64,000 nucleotides of DNA from Octopus sinensis (GCF_006345805.1 NC_043002.1:49414001-49478000); one strand, 5' to 3'. Positions 12,701 through 26,119 are shown, counted from the stretch's first letter. Program-made: numbers and translations. The notes: generated by a model not told the origin, from the sequence alone.

Positions 12701-13616
12701 AGCAATACGATATATTACATATAATTTATTGAATACAGAGGCAGCACATGCGCGCGTACACATATCAACTATTACCATTTCTTTACGTTCTGAGTTCAAA
12801 TCCCACCGAGGTCAATTTTGCCTTTCACCCTTTCGAAGTCGATGAAATAAAGTTCCTAGTCTAGCGCTGGGGATAGATGGTATCGGGGGAAAAAAACAGT
12901 GACAAATGTGCAAAGCTGAAGGCTAGAAGGTTTGTCGTGACATCGAAGTACCTACTGACAATCAATCCGCTGCCTTCACTACTAAAACAACAAGACCTAA
13001 GTCCCACAACCGCAAAAGTAAATTCAACAATAGGAAAGTCACAAACAACAACTACAACAAAACAACTTTATAAACAAGAACAAACAACAGTCAAAACTGC
13101 AATCACATGGGTAAAACGTAACAACCGGAAAACGCACGAACAATAACGATCACAGCAAAAACTTAAGAACAAGTCCATATAATACAAGCAATGTTAGCAA
13201 AAAGGATAACAAATAATCAAATTACTTTTCAACTTCCCAGTGAGCGAGAAGCAACCGGGAATTGCTGAAAAACACAAGATCAAAGAACAAAAAAACTGTT
13301 TATCCGCGAAGAAAACTTGATTATCCGTTCTTCAAAACTAAGACAAGGGACGGACATCTTTCGCTTTTTCCCCCCTTCAACTTGGTCGTATTAAGATTTG
13401 GTTATATAAATGCACTTGATCTGAGATCACTTTAGCGAGAAAAAAAAAGTGCGGGGGATACTTAATGACATCAGATCACTGAATTTGGATGTGGTGGCTA
13501 TCAGCTTGATTACGACCTCCTGCACTCAGCAATAGCGAGCGATTATTTTTAATGGTTACAAAGTGTTCATATATTTGGGTCTCTGTTTCTCGACTTATCC
13601 TTACTCACTCAACCTC

Positions 13617-13668
<52 letters not shown>

Positions 13669-14089
13669 TCTCTCGTTCCCTCTCTCACACTAACCCTCTT
13701 TTTCTCTCCTCTTCTCTTCCCCCTCTCTCTCCACCCCTCTTCCCTCTCTTTCCCCCTCTCTCCCTTCCCCTCTCTCTGTCTGTTCATGCTATTCAAAAGT
13801 TCAACCTGGTCCTATTTATCACGCCCACTGAGCCACATAAGTCCGTTAACGATACACACATCTGTGGTGTACTCAGCCACATATACTGTACATTAATTTT
13901 ACTAGCAGGAATTTAACTGGCCAGACAACTGAATGCTCCTCGTCAAGACCGACGGAGAATCCACCATGCATAACATTATGTAACGAATGAGCTACTTAGG
14001 GATTCCATTTCTAGTTATAAGTTTGTTTTTCCATTACCTGTGTTAGTAATATATGCCAATGTCCATTTTATCGACACTTCCTGACAATA

Positions 14090-14580
14090 TCCAACTCCCT
14101 CTTCTCTCCTTCTCTCTTTTGTATTCTTCTCTCCCTTTTATCTTCCCCTTGTCTCCCTCTCTTCTTCACATCCCTCGTTTCTCCCTCTTATCTCTCCTCT
14201 CTCTGTGATTCCTTATGTTTCCTCTCTCCTTCACATCTTTCGTCTCTCCTTCTTATCTCTTCTCTGTCCTTCATATTTTTGTGACTTCTTATGTCTCCTC
14301 TCTCCTTCGTATCTCTGTCTCTTCTTCATATATTTCCTTATTTCTCCTCTCTCTTTCATATCTCCTGTTTCTCCTTATCTCTCCTCTCTCCTTCATATCT
14401 CTCCTTTCCCTTTATCTCTTCTCTCTCCTTCTCTCTCCTCTCTCCTTCACATCTCTTCTCTCTCCTTATCTCTCCTCTCTCCTTATCTCTCCTCTCTCCT
14501 TATCTCTCCTCTCTCCTTATCTCTCTTCTCTCCTTATCTCTCCTCTTTCTCCCTCTCTCCCTCTCTCTTCCTTTCTTGTC
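14090..14580. repeat. CT-rich minisatellite, ~17-bp unit TCTCCTCTCTCCTTATC
   Basis: Near-perfect units around 14470-14545, degenerate outward. Confidence 0.8.
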
Positions 14581-14989
14581 TCACCTGTCCAGCTTCTAAC
14601 TAAGTAGAGCGCGACACATTTATCACTTAGCCCTATGAAGCAGCAGTAGCAGTAGTAGCAGCAGCAGCAGCAGCATATAGCTATAACGATGGTACACGAA
14701 GTCCTGACTGTTCAGTCATTTTCACTATAATCAGTCATTGAGACATTTTCTCTTTTATATACTGCTCAAAGAAAACAGATCACCTCAGCCATCTTGGCGT
14801 GGATATTTTTCTATTGTTTATTTGTCATTTTGTCTTTATCGTAATTCTCAGAACAGATGAAGTCCAACGAACGTCCATCTTCATCGTCACCAATGTTTTC
14901 CTGACAGATTGACCGATTGGTTGAAAGGGTGGATGGACAACTGGACAGTATACAGATGGATGACTGCTTTCTGTTCCACTTTATCATCC

Positions 14990-15121
14990 CACCACTCTGT
15001 CACGACTGATACATACATACATGCATACATGCACACCACACACCACCACACACACACACCACCACACAACACACACACACACATCACACACACACATATA
15101 TATATGCATATAATATATATA

Positions 15122-15172
<51 letters not shown>

Positions 15173-15477
15173 TATATACATACATACATGTATATATCTG
15201 CGTGCGTTTTTGTATATGTATATGTTTGTATATATACAAATATATATTTAAGTATATATACATATACATTTACATACATATACATAAATATGTGCGTTTA
15301 TGTATACGTATACATACATATATATATATGTGTGTGTATATATATATATATATATAAATGCATGCACACATACACATACGTATTTATACATGTATACACA
15401 TACATGCATATGTATGTGTGTGTATGTGCGTGTGCATGTGTGTGTGTGTGTGTGGTGTGTGTGTGTGTGCGTGTGTG

Positions 15478-15510
<33 letters not shown>
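14990..15510. repeat. Compound (ATAC)n/(CA)n/(TA)n/(TG)n block
   Basis: Directly visible. Confidence 0.95.
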
Positions 15511-15512
<2 letters not shown>

Positions 15513-15914
15513 GTGTGGAGAGAGAGCATAAACGTTTCTCTGTCAGGCAATTCTTTCTTTTTCCCTCTTTGCTCTGAATTACCAGTCTCTTTCTCTTTCT
15601 TTCTTTCTTTCTTTCTCCTTCTCTCTTTGTCTCTCTTTCTCTCATACACACAGACACACACACACTCTCTCTCTCTCACTCTCTCTTTATTTCTAGATCT
15701 CTCTTCAGTTCTTTATTTCTGTCTTTTTCTCCCTACCAGAACTTACCCATCAATCTATGTCTTACTTTTTCTCTACTCATTTTTTTTATTCCTTCAAACA
15801 CACATCTCTCATTCTTGTTTGTTCTTTTATTCTTGTTTGTTATTTTTTTTGTTTCTGTCTTTATTTCTCTACCCTTACGAATTCTCTCTCTCCCTCTTTC
15901 TTTCTCCCTGTCTC

Positions 15915-15926
15915 TAACTATCTAAG

Positions 15927-16009
<83 letters not shown>

Positions 16010-16011
16010 AG

Positions 16012-16045
<34 letters not shown>

Positions 16046-16166
16046 ATATATATATCTGTCTATCTAACTATCTATCTATATGTCTATCTATCTATCTATC
16101 TACCTACCTATCTATCTATCTATCTATCTATCTATCTGTATATCTATATATCTGTCTATCTATCTG

Positions 16167-16236
<70 letters not shown>

Positions 16237-16262
16237 CATCTATCTATCTATCTATATGCATA
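15915..16262. repeat. (TATC)n tetranucleotide array
   Basis: Directly visible. Confidence 0.95.
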
Positions 16263-16393
16263 TATTTATCATTCTTCCTTTCTTTCTTTCTAGCTATTTA
16301 TCTTCCATACCCTTTCTTACTAATGTTTTTCGTCACCAAACACGTTGATTCCCTCATTTTACTTCCAAACTTATCAACACCATCACGAAGTTG

Positions 16394-16425
<32 letters not shown>

Positions 16426-17242
16426 AATTTACTCCTTCATATACATAACTATCTATATCACTCTCTCTCTCTCTCTCGTGCTCGCAGGCGTGAGGATGGA
16501 GGCAGTGGTCGCAGAAGCAACCATGCCGGGTGGCGTAACACCAAGACGAGGCTAAGTTGAGTGGAAAGCCCCATGTGACCAGACCATCTCTGAGCTCTCA
16601 AATAAGAGCCATCAATCAGATGGGAGACAGAGGAATGGTGGGAGCGGCTACTGATGGGATTACGGCGTGACTTGCGCCAGTATCCCACGAAGCCATCAAA
16701 TGTGAAATGATATTTTTATATTTCTTTTTTCTTCCTTTATTTTTTGCTTGTTTTTTATGTTGTATCTTTGGTTTTTTCTGGGTTTTTTAGCCTTGCTTTG
16801 CTGTAATTTATGACCAAATAGCATTGATGGAAACTTGACTGAAGGAGTACAGTGATGTGACTGATAGATAAATAGAAAGAAAGATAGAGTGTGATATATA
16901 TATACACACACATATGCATATATATACATATATATATATATATATGCATATATATGCATATATATAAATGGAGAGAGAGGGGGGAGAGAAAACGACAGAC
17001 GCACAGAGAGACAAACAAACGTAGAGGCAAACAGACAGACGCACAGACGGATGGACGGATACATGGATGGATAGATGGATGGATGGATGGATGGTTTTGA
17101 GAGACAAGTTCATTTGCAAATAGAGGGTGGGTAGATAGATATATAGAGATAAAACCAGAGAAATTAGGACACTTGTACACATATACATACATATGTTTTT
17201 ACATCCACACACACACCAGACATTTATGTATATATATATATA

Positions 17243-17297
<55 letters not shown>

Positions 17298-18069
17298 TAT
17301 ATATACTATGAGTATGTGTAGAGAGAGAAAGTGAGATACAAAAAGAGAAAGAGAGGAAGAGATTCACAGAGTAAAGCTGAGACAGACAGGCAGGCAGACA
17401 GACAGACGGACGGAGAATGATACTGAACGATAGGGACTGAAATAAGCAGAGTGAACAAAGGAGGAAAGAAGATAAGGTAGAAAGAAAGAGAAGCATGATG
17501 GGATAAAAAGAATGAAACTGACAGAGTTTGACAGAAAGTAAAAGAAAGAGAAATGTGGTAAAGAAAAAAGAGTGATAATTGAGAAGGGAGCAAAAACATT
17601 GAAGAAATGTATAAAGAAAGAGAAAAAGTATAAAATGACTAAGAAATTTCATTAGTGAAAAAGAAAGTAAAAGCGAGTGTGAAAGTGAAAGTGAAAGTAA
17701 AAGTAAATAAATTGAAATAGGATTGGATTATGTGAGAGAGAAAAACAGTAGAAAGAGAGAGAGGGGAAGAGAGAGAAGGCTGTTTTATATTGATCACTTA
17801 CGCCCTCGTTACTAACTCCTGGCGGCTATTCCAGTTTATTGTTGCACAACTGTTACTTCGATTTCGTGGTAACATAGTATTTTCTTTTAAACCTTCGTTT
17901 TTCTCCTTTCACTTTCCTTCTTTTTCTGCTTCCTCTTCCTTTTCGATTTCAGCCAAACTCTATTTTTCTTTTCTTTTATTTTCTGTCACTCATCTCAAAA
18001 CAAACCTTAAAATTTATCTTCCTTCTGTTTTTACATTCTCAAAAAGCTACTGATCCCGTTCACTCATCT

Positions 18070-18104
<35 letters not shown>

Positions 18105-18599
18105 ACTTTCGGTTCTTTCTCTTCATATCTTCCTTTCTCCCTCTCCCCCTTTCTCCCCCCCACTCTCTCTCCCTCTCTCTCGCACTGCGTGATTGATTCT
18201 TTCTGCCTCTCTTTCTCTCTCTCTCTTTCTCTCTCTCCCTCAATAATCATTCATTTTTAATCGTCTTTTCTCACCTGTCATACCTTACATTTTCCTCCTA
18301 CTTCTCCTTGTTTACAATGTATTATTCACTCCACTTCATCATCCAGACTTGGCAGGATTCTGAGAGCATCGGACAAAATAAATCGCAGCATTTACTAACT
18401 CTTCTTTATATTCTGAGTTCAAATACAACCGAGGCCAACTCTTCCTTTCAACCCTCCAGGGTCAATAAAATAAATAACAGTCAAGTAATTGGGTCGACTA
18501 CTCATGCCTAAAATTTTGGAACCTTCATCCTAAGTTGCATGTAGTTATTTTCATCATCATCATCACCATCATCAACAATAGTACTAATAATAATAACAA

Positions 18600-18816
18600 T
18601 CCTTTCTACGAGAGGCACAAGACCGGAAATTTGAGGAATTGAGGGGGCCAGTCGATTGCATCGACCCCAGTGCTCAATTGGTACTTATTTCATCGACCCC
18701 GAAAAGGTGAAAGGCAAAGTCGACCTCTGCGGAATTAGAACTCAAAGCGTAAAGACAAGCCGAATGCCACGAAGCATTTTTCCCGGAGTGCTAACGATTC
18801 TGCCAGCTCGCCGCCT
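18600..18816 (-). mobile_element. SINE family C
   Basis: Ends in 'gccagctcgccgcctta' (reverse complement of the head). Confidence 0.85.
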
Positions 18817-18852
18817 TATATTAATAATAACAACAATAATAACAAATGTGGA

Positions 18853-19050
18853 GCGGTGAGCTAGCAGAATCGTTAGCACGCTGGACGAAATGCTTAGCGG
18901 TATTTCGTCTGCAGACTTTACTTTTCATCCTTTGGGGGTCGATTAAATAAGTACTAGTTATGCACTGAGGTCAATGTAATCGACTTAATCCCTTTGTCTG
19001 TCCTAGTTTGTCATCTCAATGTTTAATCCCCTGTGGGGAATAAATAAATA
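18853..19050 (+). mobile_element. SINE family C (internally deleted), followed by (GAA)n
   Basis: 'gcggtgagctagcagaatcgttagcacg' head; 3' 'atcgacttaatccctttgtctgtcc'. Confidence 0.8.
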
Positions 19051-19147
19051 GAAGGAGAAGAAGAAGAAGAAGAAGAAGAAGAAGAAGAAGAAGAAGAAGA
19101 AGAAGAAGAAGAAGAAGAAGAAGAAGAAGAAGAAGAAGAAGAAGAAG

Positions 19148-19517
19148 AATATTTTCTTCAGGTCGAGTAGCTCATCCTGCTCAAAAAGTCCTTGAATAAG
19201 GTTTGTTTTAAGGATGATAAACAAAACACCTATGTTTTCAGAGGTGAATTCTTCGAACCCTCAATAATTTCTCTCAACACAAGGCTATGATGATCCCTCA
19301 TTACTGCTGCTCGTGATCAGAGATGCACATATCGTCAGCCACTAAGAGACATGCTCAAATAATTATGGTCAAACAACTTACAACAAATCTGTGGTATCGA
19401 GCAAAATATTTGCTGTAGCTCATCTTTTATACCAAAACAAAACAATGTACATGATAACACTTCCAATTAGTTAAGATCAAGAGCCATAACAACCACTGCC
19501 TGATACTACATCAGGGC

Positions 19518-19520
<3 letters not shown>
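19148..19520 (-). mobile_element. Unclassified TAA-flanked repeat; one terminus abuts the (TAA)n run
   Basis: Homologous to 7735-8017 and 33990-34448; 'catcagggcatt' runs directly into (TTA)n 19521-19590. Confidence 0.75.
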
Positions 19521-19590
<70 letters not shown>

Positions 19591-19593
<3 letters not shown>

Positions 19594-20037
19594 TCAATTT
19601 TGTTTATATTTCTTGTTGAATGTCTTCCCGAGACCTAGGGCAAAGAAACTCACTCTATACATTGGTAGGTTATTAAAGTAAACACATAAGATTGTTCATT
19701 TACAAAGTTAAGTTATGTGACGGAAAAAAGAAAGAAAGAAAGAAAGAAAGGTTAAAAGAACAAATAGAAAAAATGAAAATGATAAAGAAAACAAAAAATA
19801 AAGGGTAAAAAAGGAAATAAAATTTACAGCGTCAATGCATGACGTACCAGTTAAAACAATCTTTTGTACCTCTTGCATGGATGGTAAACCAGGGATCATT
19901 CTCAAATAATTTTCAGTTCCTTTTTTGATCATTCCAAGTGCTCCTACAATCACTGGTATTGTAACCGTCTTAAGATGCCACATCTTTTCGATTTCAATCA
20001 GCAAATCTTTATATTTTCTGAGCTTCTTTTGCTGAGA
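19591..20037 (-). mobile_element. R4/Dong-type RLE LINE, 3' fragment (family D1)
   Basis: KYKDLLIEIEKMWHLKTVTIPVIVGALGMIKK..VQKIVLTGT C-terminus, 3' UTR and (TAA)n tail. Confidence 0.85.
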
Positions 20038-20054
20038 TTATCATTATTATTATT

Positions 20055-22123
20055 CAGTAGTCTTAATTTTATAACGTGCTTCCACTGTCCCACCGAGCGT
20101 AGCTCTGTGTGCCTTGGGTATGTGCTGTGGTTTGCTGTGATGCTCTTATAATTACGGTATTGAAAGTGTTTTCCGTCAGATGTGTGCAGTGCCTTGTAGT
20201 GCTAATTTCGTGTGTTATATATATATATTTGTTAATCCTTTTTTTTTGTTATGTATTTGTCTAAATGTTTTTTTATCATACCTAATGCGCCTACTATGAT
20301 GGGAATTGTTTCCATCTATAGGCTCCACATTCGAGTTACATCCATTTCCAGACTTTTGCATTTTGAAAGAGTCTCCGTTTCTTTTAGAGAAACATTGCCA
20401 TCTGTTAGTATTGATACATTGATTAGAAAGCATTTTTCTTTCTTGGTTATCTCTGACAACTATATCCGGTCTATTGGCCTTAATTTCTCTGTGTATATTG
20501 AAATATCCCCAAATATGGCTGCTTTTTCATTTTCTGTGACCTTTTCTGGCGTGTGCCTACACCATCTTATTTCTGTTGTTATTCCACAGTGTTGGTATAA
20601 CTTCCAGTGTATATAGGTCCCAACTCTGTCGTGTTTGTGAACGTATTCCTTCTTAGCCAGGACTGGGCAGCCAGAGACAATATGATTTATTGTTTCTTGT
20701 CCCTCTCCACATACTCTGCAGTTACTTGTTATGTTTCTTTTCATTATGTGTTATTGGTAATTTCTGGTGGGAGGCTTTGGTCTTATATTGCAATTAAAAA
20801 TCCTTCAGTCTCTCCTTTGAGTCCTGAGCTTCTCAGCCATTGTTGAGATTTTGCTTTGTCTATTTCTTTCGCGTTTAGTTTAGCCCAGTATTTGCCATGA
20901 AGGGGCCTTTCTTGTCTTCGTCTTATCATGGTCCGTTGCTGTTCTAGTTTTAGTTTGGATTCCAATTATTTTACAGCTTTTATTATTTCTTCTTCTTTTT
21001 CTTCATAGTTATTAGGTACTATGACATCTTTTTAGTATTTCTCAGTTTCCTTAAAGACTGAAAACAGTTTTTTTTTTGGTGGGGGGCTTGTTTTGTGGCT
21101 ATTTATGTAAGTTTTCCTTGCTTCTGAAGTAGGCATTTTTGCAGTTCTGTGGTGGCTATTTTGTAATAGTTTTCTATCTGTATAAGGTATCTACCACCTT
21201 CAATACGTTGTATATATAACCTTTCTAAGTCAGATTTTTGGTGGTGTATCCTAGACCCTGTCATTATTTTTCTTTTCTTGTTTTCCTGTCTATTTTGGTT
21301 AGTTCATTTACTGTCCAGTTAAGGATATTGTAACTGTAACTTATAACTGGGATAGCTAGAGTGTTGATACCTATTATTTTATTTTTCGCATTGAGCTCTG
21401 TTTTCAGTATTAATCTAAATCGTCTATAGTATTCTTCTTTTATTTTCTCTTTCATTTGTGTATGTTGATACCTATTATTTTATTTTTCGCATTGAGCTCT
21501 GTTTTCAGTATTAATCTAAATCGTCTATAGTATTCTTCTTTTATTTTCTCTTTCATTTGTGTATGTTGTATCTAGTTCATTGATTCCTAAATACTTGTAT
21601 ATCTGGCTTTGGTCTAATTCTCTTATTTCATTTGCTTTATCTAGTGTGATGTTGCTACTCTTAACTAGTTTTCCTCTTTTCAAGGTTGCTTTGGCACATA
21701 TTTCTAAACCAAATTTCATATTTATTTCTTTGGTAAATCCATGTACTGTCTGTAGTGATGTTTCCAGCTGTTTATCATTTGTAGCGTACAGTTTTAGATC
21801 ATCCATATATAAGAGGTAGATGATTGTTTTGCCGTAACAATTGTATCCGCATCCAGTTCTGTTTAGAACGTCAGATAAAGGTGTCAGTGCCAAGCAGAAA
21901 AGGAGTGGAGAGAGCTTGTCTCCCTGGAATATTCCTCTTCTAATGGAGACTTTGGAGACTTTGGTTTTTATGACCCCTCTTTTGTTTGGAGCTGTATCAC
22001 TGTCTGCCATTTATTCAAAAAGTGTCATGTATTTTATGATTATTGGTGGTACCTTGTTCATGGCTAGTGTTTCTAGGATCCATGTGTGGGGAATGCTATC
22101 AAAAGCCTTTCAGTAGTCGATCC
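20055..22123 (-). mobile_element. R4/Dong-type RLE LINE, 5'-truncated (family A, copy 1), RT to RLE, inactive
   Basis: IDY.KAFDSIPHTW, GIFQGDKLSPLLFCLAL, YMDDLKLYA, KYLGI, CRVCG..ETINHIVSGCPVLA..HDRVG, NRPDIVV, TIPIIVGALG; (TAA)n at both ends; 101-bp internal duplication. Confidence 0.92.
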
Positions 22124-22139
22124 TATTATTATTATTATT

Positions 22140-22180
<41 letters not shown>

Positions 22181-22189
22181 TATTATTAT

Positions 22190-23748
22190 CATTCCTTTGT
22201 AACACAGTGTAGGTATTCATCTGTCAAGTCACAACAAGGACCTCAGACAGATAATACTTTCCTTAAGATATGTGCTGTGCCCAATAAGGCTGCTTTTTGC
22301 AAGACATCAATCTTGCATGGGATTTCCAGTTACCTTAAGAAGTCTTGACGTTTCAATGGGATTGAGCCCAACGCCCTGATCATCACTGGTATCACTTTTA
22401 CATTACCCTCTCGCATTTGCATGCAGTCTTGCCACTTCCACTTTCAATTCGGAGTACTTGGTGATTTTTTCATCCTCTTTACTCTCAACATTCATGTCAT
22501 TTGGTATGGCTTCATCAATGATCTGACAGTATTTGTCTCTCTTATTCAATATGACAATATCCGGCTGACGGTGTTCAATTACACGATCCGTCTGAAAATC
22601 GTAGTCCTAGAGTATCATCCCCCGGCATAATTTTACTTGGTATATGCTCTTACCAATTCTCTGTTATTTCATATTGGTATCTACGGCATAAGAGCCAATG
22701 AAGATACACACACTTTATCGTGGCGGCGTTTGTATTCTTTTTGTGCAAGGCTCTCACATCCACTTACCAAGTGGGTCACATTTTCCACAATTTTTCCACA
22801 GAGTCTGTATTTCTGGGTGTCAGAAGTTTTATAGATGTTATACTTCACTGAATTGGTAGCGAGAGTCTGGTCTTCTGCAGCAATGATCAGACTTTCGGTG
22901 GTACGCTTCAACTCACCTCGCTCAAGCCAAGCCCACGATGCTGTGTTATCCTTAACATCTTGTGTATTCCTTTCAAACTTTCCATGGATTCTCATTTCAA
23001 GAAAGCCTTCTTTTCTCTTCTTCTCAGCTCTTTGATTAAAGTCTGCCTTGCCAATCATTTCAAATGCATTTACACCATGTCTTTCGCGGCATATTCCAGT
23101 AGGTCTCCATCGATATTTATCAAATACTCGGCAAGCGTTCCCCTTTCACTCCTTATACAATGGTCTGTACTAATTAGTCCTCAGCCACCATTCTTTCTTT
23201 TCATAGGGTGTAACACCTCATGCTGAGTCATCAACTTTCTCGTCCTTCTATCTAGTGTTGATATTTCCTCCTTTGTCCATTTGAAGATGGACGCACTATA
23301 CCTGACCACCGCAACTGCCCAGATATTCATTGCGGTAATCAAATTTTTGGCATTCAGGTTGGATTTCAACACCATCGCCACCCTTTTTTAATACTCCTCG
23401 CTGACCGTGACTTTCATTTTCTTTGCGTAGAATGTCATCCAGCTCCAAAATCCTTAAATATCTATATCCACTACCATCGGATTCACCCATGGTCTCTCCT
23501 GATGGTAACCGCAATTCTCTGCAGGCTGCTTTCTTCCCTCTTTTCATATTAAGTACTGAGTATTTGGTGATCCCAGATTCCATACCGATGTCCCTACCAC
23601 ACTTCTGAACTGTTTTGTTTAAGGAATCTATCTGTTTTTCAGATAGGTTTTTTCAGATGAGTTGCCGATGTGGGAAGAAAGGCCCATCATTGAACCATCT
23701 TCTTTATATGGATGACCTGAAATTGTTTGGGAAATCTGAAAAACAGAT
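22190..23748 (-). mobile_element. R4/Dong-type RLE LINE (family B), 5'-truncated with inverted 5' segment
   Basis: SEKQIDSL..YRYLRILE, LKRTTESLIIAA, RLCG..ENVTHLVSGC..RRHDKV, HRQPDIVILNKRDKYCQIIDEAIP; YMDDLKLFGKSEKQI lies on the opposite strand at 23662-23748. Confidence 0.9.
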
Positions 23749-23797
23749 TATTATTATTGTTGTTGTTGTTGTTGTAGTCATCATCGTCATCATCACT

Positions 23798-24011
23798 AAG
23801 ACGGCGAGCTGGTAGAATCGTTAGCATGCCGGGCAAAATGCTTAACGGTATTTCATTCATCCTAACGTTCGGAGTTCAAATTCCGCCGAGGTTGACTTTG
23901 CCTTTCATTCTTTCGGGATCGTTAAATCAAGTACCAGTTAAGCACTGAGGTCGATGTAATTGATTAGTTCTCTCCCGCCAAATCTCAAACCTTGTGCCTT
24001 TTGTAGAAAGG

Positions 24012-24012
<1 letters not shown>
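23798..24012 (+). mobile_element. SINE family C with (ATT)n tail
   Basis: Head 'gacggcgagctggtagaatcg', tail 'gtagaaaggattattatt'. Confidence 0.85.
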
Positions 24013-24063
<51 letters not shown>

Positions 24064-24066
<3 letters not shown>

Positions 24067-24442
24067 GTTTGACTTTTGCTTTATGTTTGTACAAGTTGGT
24101 TCCAAGTCTCACCCAGAGACCTCAAGAGACAACAGGTTGGAAGTTCATGTTGTTGTTATGCCTAGTGTGCTATATATTTGGTGGGGGGGTTTGGTGTTGT
24201 ACTAGTGAATGTCTAAAATAAAACCGAAAATTATGTTTGTTTTAAACCCTGAGATTACATAGAAAGTATTTTGCGTAGGATATGAGCAGTTCCCACGAGC
24301 ACTATCTTTTGAATTTCTGCCATTTTGGGGTTTCCTGGTACCTGAGTTATGTAGCAATCAGCCCCTTTTGCTATCATTCCCAGGGCACCTATGACAACAG
24401 GTATTGTTTTAGTCTTCAGGTTCCACATTTTGCTGATTTCTA
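24064..24442 (-). mobile_element. R4/Dong-type RLE LINE, 3' fragment (family C)
   Basis: LEISKMWNLKTKTIPVVIGALGMIAKG..VGTAHILRKILSM*; (TAA)n on both sides. Confidence 0.85.
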
Positions 24443-24675
<233 letters not shown>

Positions 24676-25751
24676 TCACATAATCATGACGATGAATAGA
24701 GGAATTTTTCAGAGCGTCGGACAAACTAACGTATGTTACGTAGTTATGATTTTTTTAAAGTTCTGAGTTCGAATCCGGAAATCATCTTGCTTTTTTAGTT
24801 TTCCAAGATTGATCAAATATGTACCAGGCAAATGTCAACTTCTAACTTCATTTGTCCCACTCCTTCCTTTTATCTCTTCGCAACATCACCAACTATTTCA
24901 TCTCACCTAACAGATTCACTGAGCACACGTTTATCTATCATTCTGCCTCTTTTGCATCCTCTTATTTCTCAGACCATTCTTCTGTACCTTTCTAAATTCC
25001 TTTTACTTCTTATTGTACACACTCTCTCTCTCTCTCTCTCTTCCTCTCTCCCTCTCTCTCCCTCTCTCTCTCTCTCTTTCCGTACCACCCTCTCTTTCTG
25101 TCTCTCTCTCTCTCTCTCTCTCGTTCTTTCTTTGGCTTTCGTACTCTTGGAGAAAATCTGCTCTCTCTTCCAATTTTTCTAATTATTCACGCTTAACACT
25201 ACCACAACCAACAAGACAGCTACCAGCACCACGCCACTTCCTCTTACTTCCTCTCAAGCCATCCATCTACATTTGACGTCACCACTCGCGCTACCACCTA
25301 CGAATACCCCACACACTTGGCAGCCATATTTTGCTTCAATGTACACTGCATGCTGTTGCTACTGCTGTTGTTACTGCTGCTGCTATTGTTGTTGTTGTTT
25401 CTCTGCTGTCGTCTGCCTACATCGTTTCCTTCGTTAAGTCGACAATCTGCTTCCATTAGAGTAAACACTGATTAATGACTTCAATTCAAACAATTTTATC
25501 TGTTTATCAGGCGCTCAACAAAATGGACACCCCAGCTTTCAGTCAACGCTCTTTCTCTCCTGCGGAACTTAGTCTAAGTCATCGTTACATCGACCTGCAG
25601 TCAGCCATTTTGTTGCTCGGTCAGGCGGTCGGAATATCTCATTTTCCCTTTCTCTCCCGGCCAAATTCTCTCCCTTTATCTCTCCCTTTCTTCATTTGTT
25701 TTTTCTTTTGTCAATGCGTTCATCCATCCACCATTTCTATCGTTTTCTCAC

Positions 25752-25789
<38 letters not shown>

Positions 25790-26119
25790 GTATATATTTG
25801 TCATTGCACATACGAATACACACACGCAGTAGATACAGACAAACATAAACAAACGCTCACGAGCATATAAGCTTCACAAACACAGAAAAACCGCTTGCGG
25901 CAAGAAACTCTGAGTAGCGACAGAATGAATCCTCAGCTTCGAACAAATAAGTAAATTCTACTACTGCAATTAAAACCTTTCTTTTTTCAATTTTATATAT
26001 CAATGCGTCTCTCCCTCACTGCATGTATTGTATGTATGTATGTATGTATGTATGTATGTATGTATGTATGTGTGTATGTATGTATTATGTATGTATGTAT
26101 GTATGTATGTATGTATGCA

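Noticed and set aside
19440-19520. HDV-like ribozyme at the 5' end of the TAA-flanked repeat
   Set aside because: One good hairpin, but I could not build the nested P1/P2/P3 pseudoknot by eye; left for a descriptor search
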